Positions 9,166 to 18,846 of a DNA stretch of 64,000 nt are shown one piece after another; the first letter of the stretch is position 1, and every line of letters begins with the position of its first letter. This stretch comes from a virus. Location: IMG/VR virus record IMGVR_UViG_3300034374_012521, positions 54,057 through 118,056 of that record; one strand, given 5' to 3'. The notes under the pieces were generated by a model, which saw nothing but the letters and a program-made list of their open reading frames with translations, made no database searches and was not told the DNA's origin. The position numbers were made by a program, and so were the translations under genes.

Positions 9166-10452
9166 TTATTGAGCAACCGCCTCCTTAGAATTCATCACCT
9201 CAGCTTTCTTTGCAGCTGCTTGTCTATAATGGTCTAAGTTTTTAAGCATCCTTTCTTTCTCGTTAGGAGGCAAATGATTGAAGAAATCCATACGAACTAC
9301 AGCATCCATCTTTTCGAAGGCCAATTCAGGATTACCTGTATGGAAAGCCGCTAGGGCATACTCATCTAAAAGTCTCCATTGCCAAACCTCAGGCTCAACA
9401 AAAAGAATATCTGAGGTCCCAGGGTTTTTTACAGCCATATTTCCATAGGTAAATGAAAGTACCCACCTACCTCTTTCCCTTAGCTTTCTCATGCAATGGA
9501 AAACTGCTTCAAGTCTTTCCGGTCTATATTCCCAAGCTCTAGAGTAAGCTTGGATTACCTCATCTGGATGTCTTCCTAATTGTTCCTTGATTTTACCAAT
9601 CATATACATTGAGTAGTATACTTCTTCCTCCCATCCACCAGCTTCGATTCTTCTCTCATAAGCTTCGATAGCTTTGACCTTTTGGTTAGAATCTCTATAG
9701 CTTTGGGCAAGATAGAACATATACCGTGTGTTTGCAGGCTCATCTTCTAATGCTTTCTCTAGAATTTCTGCATCTTTAGCATATTTCTCCTCAAGTGTAT
9801 TTGCTCTCTTTAGTGGACTAATGTCAGCATTAACGAAACATTTATCTGCAGGTATTTGGTACTGGACTAGAGGTTCCTTTCCAGGTAAATCTAAATACTC
9901 GTGTAGTACACCTTTGTATACCCAATCCTGATCGGACCTGACTATTTGTGCCCTATGGTACTGGAGGTTATTTAGCTTATATAGTATTTGGAAACAATCA
10001 ACTTTTTCTTTTGGCAAATTGCTAAATGGATTAACGCTAGGATTTGCTACCTGGAATGTATCATCAGCATCAATAATCCACCTGTAATCACATTTTCCTT
10101 TTGCAAGCTCAAGACTTTCTGTACGATTGACCTCAAAGTTTACCCATGGTCTTTCGTGGACTTCCCCATCGATACCAAGGTCTTTCATGGTAGAATTAAT
10201 TTCTTCGATAGTATTATCAGAAGAACCTGTATCAACTATAACGTAGTATGAAATGTAAGGAGCAACCTGTGTAAGACATCTTCTAATTGTATCCCCTTCA
10301 TCCTTTACAATCATAACAAGACAGAGAGATATATCCTGCTTAGTTAAATCTAGAGACATCTGTGCAGCATCTTGACTGCTTAGGGTATTGATTTTTTGTG
10401 GTTTTTTAGAAGAAGTGTTTTTAACCTTTTTCTTTTTGCTCTTTGAAGCCAT
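9166..10452 (-). CDS. Family 2 glycosyltransferase with C-terminal TPR repeats
   Basis: LCLVMIVKDE, VDTGSSDNT, IDADD (DxD), YKGVLHEY; TPR-like RYMFYLAQSYRD and EAVFH segments. Confidence 0.85.
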   Translation of the reverse strand: MASKSKKKKVKNTSSKKPQKINTLSSQDAAQMSLDLTKQDISLCLVMIVKDEGDTIRRCLTQVAPYISYYVIVDTGSSDNTIEEINSTMKDLGIDGEVHERPWVNFEVNRTESLELAKGKCDYRWIIDADDTFQVANPSVNPFSNLPKEKVDCFQILYKLNNLQYHRAQIVRSDQDWVYKGVLHEYLDLPGKEPLVQYQIPADKCFVNADISPLKRANTLEEKYAKDAEILEKALEDEPANTRYMFYLAQSYRDSNQKVKAIEAYERRIEAGGWEEEVYYSMYMIGKIKEQLGRHPDEVIQAYSRAWEYRPERLEAVFHCMRKLRERGRWVLSFTYGNMAVKNPGTSDILFVEPEVWQWRLLDEYALAAFHTGNPELAFEKMDAVVRMDFFNHLPPNEKERMLKNLDHYRQAAAKKAEVMNSKEAVAQ

Positions 10453-10475
10453 AGAAACTAAATAATTGTCGTTTC

Positions 10476-10505
10476 TATTTATACCCCAAATGTTAGAAAA
10501 ATTTC
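10476..10505 (-). promoter_or_regulatory. Putative promoter GAAAT-N17-TATAAATA
   Basis: Upstream of the GT2 gene; 10488-10505 is 17/18 identical to 19465-19482. Confidence 0.45.
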
Positions 10506-10508
10506 ACC

Positions 10509-11210
10509 TTATCCCCGGGCCAATGAGGTAATTCTTTCTAATATTAGTTCGTCATTTAGAGTCAAAGAAAAGTCTCCGACAGCTTTAAGGTTCTTTTCCT
10601 TTTTTCTAGCAACCAAATCAAGGGTAACAAATCCAGTTTGGTCATCGGGATATTCTATTGCTTTCTTTTTTTCATCTTCGCAAACAGGATCAAAAGCCAT
10701 TCTGCTCATTCCCTTCCCGTTCCAATAAACAAGGGTTAAGTTATCCAATTTACCATCAAGAATCTTAACAACCTGATTTTCCCTTAGACATTCAATTCTT
10801 ATTGTTGATCCACCTCTTTTAAATTTAGTAGAAGGAGTTACCAAAAAATAACCTCTCCCATAAACAAGTCCAGGTACAGTATTATTTTTTGAAGAAAGCA
10901 AAGGTAGAGAGCCTTGGAATCTGTGTCTTTTAAATCTAATTCCAAGTTCCATAAAAAGCTTTTCTATAATGGGAATTAAATCCTCTACATCGGTCTGTGG
11001 TGCATCCAAAATTAGATGTGGGTGCTTACCTCCAATAACTTTGGGCTCTTTAACTTCTATATCAGCAAAATACCTTAGATAATTCAATACTACATCAAGT
11101 ATGGTTTCAAGTTGTTCAATCTCCGATAGATTGACTTTCTTCTTGTACTCTAGCTCAGATTCAACCTTGGCTAAGAAATCATCTACCAATTTCTCGTGAT
11201 GCTTACTCAT
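10509..11210 (-). CDS. Hypothetical protein
   Basis: 233 aa ORF in a co-oriented gene run. Confidence 0.7.
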   Translation of the reverse strand: MSKHHEKLVDDFLAKVESELEYKKKVNLSEIEQLETILDVVLNYLRYFADIEVKEPKVIGGKHPHLILDAPQTDVEDLIPIIEKLFMELGIRFKRHRFQGSLPLLSSKNNTVPGLVYGRGYFLVTPSTKFKRGGSTIRIECLRENQVVKILDGKLDNLTLVYWNGKGMSRMAFDPVCEDEKKKAIEYPDDQTGFVTLDLVARKKEKNLKAVGDFSLTLNDELILERITSLARG

Positions 11211-11214
11211 TTTA

Positions 11215-11631
11215 CTATTTTATTCTTTTCCAGGAGAAATCTGTATCTAGCCTAAAGTGCCCAAAGTAGTGGAACTTGTTATTCCACTCTTCAGGAGAAA
11301 TTAGGCTTGCAAAAGTTTCTCCCTTTGAATTTTCATATAGATATATCTCTGATCCAATATGTGCCTCAAAAGACATATTTGAATTCCATACTAGCTCATT
11401 ATCCTCAAATTCCTGTAGAAGCTCAGAAATCTGATCCTTGATCTCCCCTGCTCTTTTGCCAAATTTATGGTTTGAGTGAACTGCAGCACGCTGTTTAAAA
11501 AGTGCTAAACCAGAAACATCTATCTTGGGGGATGATACTGATGTTGCATATGGCTTTAAAAAAGCATCATACTTTTCAGTATCTTCGTTGTATACAATGC
11601 TATCAGGAAGTTTTTTCTTTCCCTTCTTCAT
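11215..11631 (-). CDS. DUF2452-like protein (Bacteroidota-type)
   Basis: PDSIVYNEDTEKYDAFLKPYATSVSSPKI ... IYLYE...FASLISPEEW ... FRLDTDFSW. Confidence 0.7.
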   Translation of the reverse strand: MKKGKKKLPDSIVYNEDTEKYDAFLKPYATSVSSPKIDVSGLALFKQRAAVHSNHKFGKRAGEIKDQISELLQEFEDNELVWNSNMSFEAHIGSEIYLYENSKGETFASLISPEEWNNKFHYFGHFRLDTDFSWKRIK

Positions 11632-12262
11632 TCTCAGATTTATAAGGAATTCCTATTTTGTCCAGCAACTGTTTATAAACTCTTTCAATTTTTTTAGATG
11701 CATCGACTTTTACAAGTTTCCTACTCTTTTTGTATTTTTTAACCAGAGGAAGTGTTTTTTCTTTGTATTCATTAAATCTTTTGGATATAATCTCTGGATC
11801 CTTATCATCGGCCCTATTTTCCTTTTCAGCCCTTTTCATAATCCTTTGTTTTGCCTTGTCCTCATCAAGTTCCAAATAGATCACGTGGCTAAGACCAACT
11901 CCTAACTTTCCTAGGAGTGAATCTAGCAATTTTATTTGCTTTATATTCCGTGGGAATCCATCAATTATAACACCTCTTTCCAGATCAGCTTTGCCTAATG
12001 CTTTCCTAAGCATTCTTACCATTACCCTATCTGGAATAAACTCTCCCCTTTCAACTGTTTTCTTAAGCTCCTTATCCTTGGAGTTCCTAATTAATTCACC
12101 AGTAGAAATATGAGTGAAATCGTTTCTATCAACAAGCTTCTTTGAAATAGTCCCCTTTCCAGATCCCGGAGGTCCCAGAATAACAAGGATCTCTCCTTGT
12201 TTATCTGGGATTTCTCTTTCGTTTATAGAGATGAAATTTTCAAAGCTACGTACCTTATCCAT
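11603..12262 (-). CDS. adk: Adenylate kinase (short LID) with N-terminal capsid-targeting-like extension
   Basis: GPPGSGKGT P-loop, HISTGELIR, IDGFPR, RADD; extra MDKVRSFENFISINE before the kinase core. Confidence 0.92.
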   Translation of the reverse strand: MDKVRSFENFISINEREIPDKQGEILVILGPPGSGKGTISKKLVDRNDFTHISTGELIRNSKDKELKKTVERGEFIPDRVMVRMLRKALGKADLERGVIIDGFPRNIKQIKLLDSLLGKLGVGLSHVIYLELDEDKAKQRIMKRAEKENRADDKDPEIISKRFNEYKEKTLPLVKKYKKSRKLVKVDASKKIERVYKQLLDKIGIPYKSENEEGKEKTS

Positions 12263-12278
12263 TATAAAATTTAATTAT

Positions 12279-14750
12279 TTATGAACCACAGGATAAACAA
12301 TCATCCGGGTTGTCCAAGCTACATGTGAGATCGTTCATAGTTTGCTCAGCTAGAGCTTTTAGATCTTCGTTTGCAGCTGTACTCTTCTGCTCAACCATAG
12401 CTGGTTTGGCTGCAGGAGTTTCTTCTACTTTTTTATACTTACTCGTATCAATACCAAGTCCAGAAAGTGCATCTACTGCAGATTTTGTTCTTAGGTAATA
12501 CATACCGGTTTTAAGACCCAATTTCCAAGAATGGAAGTGAGCTGCAGTAAGTTTAGCAGCATTTACTCCTTCTATAAATAGATTTAATGATTGGGATTGA
12601 CAAATGAACTTACCACGATCAGCAGACATTTCAATTAAGTCTTTTTGCTTAATCTCCCAAACTGTTTTATAAATTTCTTTTATGTCGTCTGGAATATTGG
12701 GAATGTTTTGAACCGATCCCTTGTGGATGATAATCAGATTCTTCATATCTTCGTTCCAAAGACCCAAAGAGATTAAATCAGTAACAAGGTGCTTGTTAAT
12801 AATCACATATTCCCCACTTAGTGTTCTTCTTGTATAAATATTAGACGTAAATGGTTCAAAGGCTTCGTTATTACCCATAATTTGGGCTGTTGAAGCTGTT
12901 GGCATAGGAGCAAGTAGCAATGAGTTTCTTACACCATTCTTCATCACATCCTTTCTTAGCTTTTTCCAATCCCATCTTCCAGAAAGATCTTCGTCATTTA
13001 CCTGCCAAAGATTAAATTGGAATTTACCCTCGCTCAATGGTGATCCCTCAAAAGTTTCATAAGCTCCAAATTTCTTAGCAAGATCTTTAGAAGCTGTCAT
13101 TGCTGCGAAGTAAATTGTCTCAAACAATTCAGAGTTAATCTTTCTAGCTTCATCAGACGTAAATGGTATACCCATTGTTGCATAAAGATCAGCTAAGCCC
13201 TGAATTCCAATACCAATTGGGCGGTGTCTCATATTTGATCTTTTAGTCTCTGCCGTAGGATAGAAGTTTACGTCAATTACCCTGTTGAGATTGACAGCAG
13301 TTTGATATGAAACCTCGTATAGGTAATCGTGGTCAACCTCACACTTTCCTCTAGTTATTTTTGATGTTCTTGCATCTGTCGACTTTAAGAACTTATTAAC
13401 TGGTATGGAGGCCAGGTTACAAACTGCTTGTTCGTCCTTATCTGTGTATTCGATAATCTCACAACATAAGTTAGAAGATTTGATGGTCCCTAAATTCTGC
13501 TGATTTGACTTTCTGTTAGCGGAATCTTTGTAAAGAATATAGGGTGTTCCAGTTTCAATCTGGGATTCTATAATCTTTCCCCAAAGTTCCCTAGCTTTAA
13601 TAGTTTTCTTTGCCTTTCCAGCCTCTTCAGCTGCTATGTACATTTCATTAAATTCCTGACCATAAACTTCATGAAGTCCTGGTACCTCGGAAGGAGAAAA
13701 TAAAGACCACGTTTCATCTTTTTCTACCCTTTCCATAAATAAGTCAGAAACCCAGAGAGCAAGGAACAAATCTCTAGCTCTTCTCTCTTCTTTTCCTGTG
13801 TTCTTTCTTAGATCCAAAAAGTCCTCAACGTCAGCGTGCCATGGCTCTAGGTAAATAGCGAAAGATCCTTTCCTTTTACCACCACCTTGATCAACGTATC
13901 TAGCAGTTTCATTGAATACTTTAAGCATAGGTACAATACCATTGGATTTACCGTTTGTACCCCTGATATAAGAGCCAGTTGATCTTACGTTGTGGATAGC
14001 AAGCCCAATACCACCAGCATTCTGAGAAATCATTGCAACATCAGAAAGAGTCTTGTAGATTCCAGGAATCGAATCTTCCTGCATAGTTAAAAGAAAACAG
14101 GAAGATAGCTGTGGTTTTTTAGTACCAGAGTTAAATAGGGTTGGGGTTGCATGTGTCATCATATGAGTTGAGAGAAGCTCGTATGTTTTCAATGCATTTT
14201 TGATATCGTCTCCCCAAATACCTACCGCAACACGCATGTACATATGCTGAGGGGTTTCTGCTGGAATACCGTGCATTTTAAGGAGATAACTTTTTTCAAG
14301 AGTTTTGAACCCAAAATATTCAAAGTTGAAATCCCTATCGTGGATAATTGCAGAATCAAACTTTTTCTTATTCTTCATTATCACCTCGTAGGTTTCATCA
14401 CCAATAAGACCAGCAGGCTTATTCGTCTCTGGATCGATATAAGAATGTAAATCCTCAATCGTTTCAGAAAATTTCTTCTTTGTAGACTTATGCAATCTTG
14501 AAATAGCAATTCTTGCTGCTAGAATAGAATGGTCTGGGTGACTAGGGATGAGTGAAGCTGCAGTTTCAGCAGCTAGATTATCCAACTCTCCAGTCGAAAT
14601 TCCATCATATATTCCAGCGATTACTTTTTGTGAAATGCCCATCCAATCAACAAAGTCGTTGTTAAGGCCATAAGTCATCTTTTTTACGCGGTTAGAAATC
14701 TTATCAAATCTAACCGCTTCTTTGGATCCGTCTCTCTTAGTTACGTACAT
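12279..14750 (-). CDS. nrdA: Ribonucleotide reductase class Ia alpha subunit
   Basis: N-terminal ATP cone (VTKRDG), THATPTLFN, QLSSCFL, SSNLCCEI, APMPTAST, GMYYLR, C-terminal CLSCGS. Confidence 0.97.
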   Translation of the reverse strand: MYVTKRDGSKEAVRFDKISNRVKKMTYGLNNDFVDWMGISQKVIAGIYDGISTGELDNLAAETAASLIPSHPDHSILAARIAISRLHKSTKKKFSETIEDLHSYIDPETNKPAGLIGDETYEVIMKNKKKFDSAIIHDRDFNFEYFGFKTLEKSYLLKMHGIPAETPQHMYMRVAVGIWGDDIKNALKTYELLSTHMMTHATPTLFNSGTKKPQLSSCFLLTMQEDSIPGIYKTLSDVAMISQNAGGIGLAIHNVRSTGSYIRGTNGKSNGIVPMLKVFNETARYVDQGGGKRKGSFAIYLEPWHADVEDFLDLRKNTGKEERRARDLFLALWVSDLFMERVEKDETWSLFSPSEVPGLHEVYGQEFNEMYIAAEEAGKAKKTIKARELWGKIIESQIETGTPYILYKDSANRKSNQQNLGTIKSSNLCCEIIEYTDKDEQAVCNLASIPVNKFLKSTDARTSKITRGKCEVDHDYLYEVSYQTAVNLNRVIDVNFYPTAETKRSNMRHRPIGIGIQGLADLYATMGIPFTSDEARKINSELFETIYFAAMTASKDLAKKFGAYETFEGSPLSEGKFQFNLWQVNDEDLSGRWDWKKLRKDVMKNGVRNSLLLAPMPTASTAQIMGNNEAFEPFTSNIYTRRTLSGEYVIINKHLVTDLISLGLWNEDMKNLIIIHKGSVQNIPNIPDDIKEIYKTVWEIKQKDLIEMSADRGKFICQSQSLNLFIEGVNAAKLTAAHFHSWKLGLKTGMYYLRTKSAVDALSGLGIDTSKYKKVEETPAAKPAMVEQKSTAANEDLKALAEQTMNDLTCSLDNPDDCLSCGS

Positions 14751-14768
14751 GCTTGGTTTATATTTTTT

Positions 14769-15752
14769 TTAGAAGTCTACGTCCATATCGAACGCATTTT
14801 CGGAGGAATTTTTCACTCCAGCTTTTTGGTATTCACCAACTCTCTTTTCAAAGAAGTTAGTCTTACCCTGCAAAGAAATATTTGCCATGAAATCAAATGG
14901 GTTTTCTGTATTGAAAACTTTTGAACATCCAAGATCTACAAGTAATCTATCAGCAACAAACTCTAAGTATTGTTTCATAAGATCTTGATTCATACCAATT
15001 AGCTTAACAGGCAAAGATTCTGTAATAAATTCTTTCTCGATTTCAAGTGCGCTAAGGATAATTTCCTTGATTCTCTCCTCAGGTACTTTATTAGATAAGT
15101 ATTTGTTGTGTAGGAGTACTGCAAAATCACAGTGCATACCTTCGTCTCTCGAAATAAGCTCGTTTGAGAAGCTTAAACCTGGCATTAGCCCACGCTTTTT
15201 AAGCCAGAAGATCGAGCAGAAAGAACCAGAGAAGAATATACCTTCAACTGCTGCGAAAGCAACAAGTCTTTCTTGGAAATGGTCTGATTCAACCCACTTT
15301 AAAGCCCATTCGGCTTTTTTCTTAACTGCTGGTATTGTTTCAATTGCATTGAACAACATTTTCTTCTCAGCAGGATCAGAAATGTAAGTATCTATCAGGA
15401 GGGAATAAGTCTCAGAGTGGATGTTTTCCATCATAATCTGAAAACCGTAAAAGAATTTTGCCTCTGAATATTGAACCTCCCTAACGAAGTTCTCCGCTAA
15501 ATTCTCGTTTACGATACCATCCGATGCAGCAAAGAATGCCAAAACATGCTTGATAAAGTGCCTTTCGTTATCATTCAATTTGTTTCTCCAATCGTCAATA
15601 TCTGCCGAAAGGTCAATTTCTTCTGCTGTCCAGATACAAGCTTCCTGGTTCTTATACATCTCCCAAATTTCCTGGTGTTGGATAGGGAAAATAACAAATC
15701 TATTAGGATTTTCTTGTAAAATCGGTTCCGGTAGCGAATAGTCCTCCTTCAT
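14769..15752 (-). CDS. nrdB: Ribonucleotide reductase class Ia beta subunit
   Basis: [49 protein letters not shown]. Confidence 0.97.
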   Translation of the reverse strand: MKEDYSLPEPILQENPNRFVIFPIQHQEIWEMYKNQEACIWTAEEIDLSADIDDWRNKLNDNERHFIKHVLAFFAASDGIVNENLAENFVREVQYSEAKFFYGFQIMMENIHSETYSLLIDTYISDPAEKKMLFNAIETIPAVKKKAEWALKWVESDHFQERLVAFAAVEGIFFSGSFCSIFWLKKRGLMPGLSFSNELISRDEGMHCDFAVLLHNKYLSNKVPEERIKEIILSALEIEKEFITESLPVKLIGMNQDLMKQYLEFVADRLLVDLGCSKVFNTENPFDFMANISLQGKTNFFEKRVGEYQKAGVKNSSENAFDMDVDF

Positions 15753-15777
15753 AATTTAACACTTTGTTTTTTTTAAT

Positions 15778-16245
15778 TTAGTAATTGTTTGCCTGTCTTC
15801 GACGGTTTTCCTCGTTCTTGCTCATGTACATGTTGTACATTTCTTGAGCACTCATTCCAATAGAGGCTGCGTAGTTCATAAAAAAATGGAGCATGTCTAC
15901 GATCTCGAATTTACATTCGATTTTATCAGATTCTGATAAATCCGAAAATCTTTTTTCAGAGTAAGAAGAGTAAGCACTTTTCCATTTTTTCCAGATTGCA
16001 TTCCCATTACCATCTTTGATACCACCAAGGGCATCCGTTGCCTCGTGTATCTCGTCGATTAGAGCGTGATTGTTCATATGCCAAAACTCCATAAGTTCTC
16101 TCAAAGTCATCTCTTTGAAGTTATAGCCATAAACGTTCTCCTGGGTTTCTGCCTGAAGATTTAAAATGTCACCTAGAGTATCTTTAGATTCGGGATAAAG
16201 ATTTTTGATCTGTAGGTCTGCACATTGATTATCTGTATTTGCCAT
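15778..16245 (-). CDS. Dimeric all-alpha dUTPase/dCTPase (T4 gp56-like)
   Basis: ALIDEIHE, WKKWK, KFEIVDMLHF, YMSKNEENRRRQANNY match the gp56-type pattern. Confidence 0.85.
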   Translation of the reverse strand: MANTDNQCADLQIKNLYPESKDTLGDILNLQAETQENVYGYNFKEMTLRELMEFWHMNNHALIDEIHEATDALGGIKDGNGNAIWKKWKSAYSSYSEKRFSDLSESDKIECKFEIVDMLHFFMNYAASIGMSAQEMYNMYMSKNEENRRRQANNY

Positions 16246-16297
16246 ATTTGTCTTTTTGCAATAGTTTTTTAAAATCCCTTCCCGTCTCTAGGTTTTT

Positions 16298-16305
16298 TAT
16301 ATATC
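16298..16305 (-). promoter_or_regulatory. Putative late-type promoter GATATATA
   Basis: Intergenic, upstream of the dUTPase-nrdB-nrdA run. Confidence 0.5.
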
Positions 16306-16342
16306 AAGTGGGTCCCTAAAGTGCGGTGATTTTAGGAAAATT

Positions 16343-17755
16343 CTATGTTAATTTTTTTAATTGTTTCTCCAATCCGTCAATTTCTATCTGTAACTCAAGC
16401 ATTCTCTTTTTTGTTGCCTTTCTTTTCGAGTATAAGTCCTTAATTATGGTCTTTAAAATCGGGTTTTCGTCATCCCCACCGAAAAGGGCAGTGGAGGATG
16501 TTTTTACCCATCCCTCCTTGGCTTCAGATATATCTTTCCCGAGCTTACCTTTATAAACCTCAGGAGAAATTCCCCACTGCACAATTGTATTTGGATACAG
16601 GGAAGCAAAGTCATAACAAGCAACCCATTCATGTAGTCCCTTGATAGGCTCTTTCACATATCCACCAATAAACTTGACATGACTTTCTTCTTTCCTTTCA
16701 TTCACAAAGACCTGATTCCTCTCCAAGAACTTTTTGAGCATCATAACCTCCGTCGCCCAAACGGGGGAAAGAGCCCTGCTTATTTCAACGCGGTTCAGAT
16801 TAGCTATTTTGAAGTAGGTTAAAAGGGTTTTTAACTTTACATCTATATAGTGAACCAGCGCACAGTCAATTACGTTGTAGAGAATAAATTTAGGGAAGTC
16901 AGACTGGTAGAGGTCCCTTAGGGATCCATCATATACTATCTTCTTTAATCCTGTAGCCTTCTCAGCAACATAATCTAATCTATTGCTCTCCTTGATCTTA
17001 ATTGTCCGATCCCATTTTTTATAGATCTCAAGATAATCGACCATTAGCAAATGCATAGGAAGATTGTTCTTTCCAATAAGCCAGTTAGCTGGCGAAATTA
17101 CCTTTGGATCGATACCAAGTCTCTTAGCTCTATTCACCAAATATGGCCAGTCATACCCAAACCAGTTCCACCCAGTTATCAATGGCATTTTAGGAGCCAG
17201 CTTCTTAAAGAAGGTATAAAGCATATCGTACTCGGATTCGAACTGATGATATTTAAAAGACCATTCATCACCCATTGGCTCAAGATACTCGTTGGTCTTT
17301 TTGTAAATGTCCGCTTGCTCCTCAGCTGAAAGTGGATCAAGTCCTAGAATTATTGATTTACATCTATCTGTTGCAATACCAATTGAAAGTACCTTATTCT
17401 TAGCATTTGCGGTATCCAAAGAATCTCCCATCTCGTCGGTCATTTCAACCTCAATATCCACAAAGTACTTTTTTGGGATCTGAAAATCCCAAAGAGACTT
17501 AGTTAAATCTGGGTCTGCCTCTTCTAGGATTTGAACCATCCTATATTTGTCATACTTCTGTGTTTTTACCTTCCTTACAGACATTCCATCCCAGGACTCC
17601 CAATCAGCTTCTCTTCTCCTATCATTGGGTGAGCATTTTTCCCATATAAACCTCTCATCCTCCGGAACTGGAACATCAACAAAAATTAAATCACCTTCCT
17701 CAGAGAAAGATGATACCTTTAAATAAGTTCCCTTGTTTTCAATATCTACTATCAT
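16343..17755 (-). CDS. Family B DNA polymerase, N-terminal subunit of a split enzyme (gp43A-like)
   Basis: ExoI DIEVE, ExoII GWNWFGYDWPY, ExoIII YNVID, GGYVKEP, motif A YDFASLYP; ends in the fingers helix; motifs B and C absent. Confidence 0.88.
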   Translation of the reverse strand: MIVDIENKGTYLKVSSFSEEGDLIFVDVPVPEDERFIWEKCSPNDRRREADWESWDGMSVRKVKTQKYDKYRMVQILEEADPDLTKSLWDFQIPKKYFVDIEVEMTDEMGDSLDTANAKNKVLSIGIATDRCKSIILGLDPLSAEEQADIYKKTNEYLEPMGDEWSFKYHQFESEYDMLYTFFKKLAPKMPLITGWNWFGYDWPYLVNRAKRLGIDPKVISPANWLIGKNNLPMHLLMVDYLEIYKKWDRTIKIKESNRLDYVAEKATGLKKIVYDGSLRDLYQSDFPKFILYNVIDCALVHYIDVKLKTLLTYFKIANLNRVEISRALSPVWATEVMMLKKFLERNQVFVNERKEESHVKFIGGYVKEPIKGLHEWVACYDFASLYPNTIVQWGISPEVYKGKLGKDISEAKEGWVKTSSTALFGGDDENPILKTIIKDLYSKRKATKKRMLELQIEIDGLEKQLKKLT

Positions 17756-17797
17756 GGAATAAAATTTGAGAGTATAACTTTGACGTAAATCGCAAAA

Positions 17798-17805
17798 GAT
17801 ATATA
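17798..17805 (+). promoter_or_regulatory. Putative late-type promoter GATATATA (plus strand)
   Basis: 10 nt upstream of the plus-strand ATG at 17816; orientation follows the gene. Confidence 0.55.
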
Positions 17806-17815
17806 CAACATACTT

Positions 17816-18142
17816 ATGGATAGCAGGATCAAAAGTTTCGAGAATTTCCTTAATGAATATTACATTTCAGCAGCCCCTGGAAGCGTGGTTGTTCCGGGTG
17901 AATGGTACAAGGATAACGTTAACTCAAGAAACTACAGACCTGCATATACACAAACACCGCAGGTTGTTGATTCAATGTTCCAAAGTACCGACCTATACAA
18001 CTACCTAGATACTTTAGCCGAGGAGGAAGAATTTACCAACATGGTGAAGAAAGGAGAGGCACCTAAGGACGTGATCAAGTATTTGAAAAAGAGGATACAC
18101 GAGGAACTTTCACCAAACGCTCGTACTTCCGAAGAAAAATAA
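17816..18142 (+). CDS. Hypothetical protein with capsid-targeting-like N-terminus
   Basis: MDSRIKSFENFLNEYY. Confidence 0.75.
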   Translation: MDSRIKSFENFLNEYYISAAPGSVVVPGEWYKDNVNSRNYRPAYTQTPQVVDSMFQSTDLYNYLDTLAEEEEFTNMVKKGEAPKDVIKYLKKRIHEELSPNARTSEEK

Positions 18143-18153
18143 GTACCAAAGAT

Positions 18154-18846
18154 TTGGAGCACATTGATTATCCACTTGCAGAAAGTGCCTATTACCAACA
18201 ACCACATCCAAAAGATGCTATATTCTTGAGGGATTCAACTGGACATTATAGACCAGATTGGCTAATCGATTATTGGGGAAGAGATCGTAAAAATTCTACC
18301 AATAGGATAAGATCATCCAGCGCATTTGTAATTGGTGGATTATCACCGGATGGTAAGGATAAAAAATATGACGGAACAATTTACAGGGCTTTTGATGAGT
18401 CTATGTGGTCGCATCACTTATTCATAAAAGCCAAAAACAACACATTCCTAAATCAGAAAAGCATAGGAATTGACATATGTAATTATGGACCTTTGACAAA
18501 AACCGAAAATGGAGGATTCTACACATCTAGCCATGTTAAAATAAACAAAAGCCAGGTTACAGAGTTAGAGTCCACGTTTAGAGGATCTAAGTATTTTCAC
18601 AGTTATACAAAAGCACAAATACAATCTTTAAAGTCACTTCTTGAGGAATTGAGTGAAAAATATGAAATCAACCTTAAGAGGGGATTACAGAAGGAAATAT
18701 CTAAATTTGGCATTTACGGAGGATTCGAACTTTCAGAAGAAGCTTTGATGGGGGGTCAAGGTCTTTGGTCTCACAGTAATGTTAGAATTGATAGATTGAG
18801 CTGTCCACCACACCCGGATCTAGTTAAGGTTATTCAATCCTTCTAA
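18154..18846 (+). CDS. N-acetylmuramoyl-L-alanine amidase (Amidase_2)-like protein, catalytic residues apparently degenerate
   Basis: SAFVIGG...DGTIY...WSHHL...LNQKSIGIDICNYG...YTKAQIQSL...WSHSNVR; TTG start. Confidence 0.7.
   Translation: MEHIDYPLAESAYYQQPHPKDAIFLRDSTGHYRPDWLIDYWGRDRKNSTNRIRSSSAFVIGGLSPDGKDKKYDGTIYRAFDESMWSHHLFIKAKNNTFLNQKSIGIDICNYGPLTKTENGGFYTSSHVKINKSQVTELESTFRGSKYFHSYTKAQIQSLKSLLEELSEKYEINLKRGLQKEISKFGIYGGFELSEEALMGGQGLWSHSNVRIDRLSCPPHPDLVKVIQSF

Noticed and set aside
16246-16342. Intron or intein explaining the truncated polymerase; small hairpin CCTAAAGT/ATTTTAGG at about 16315-16336
   Set aside because: The gap is under 100 nt, no downstream exon or intein motifs exist, and the hairpin is weak with no T tract on the coding strand.
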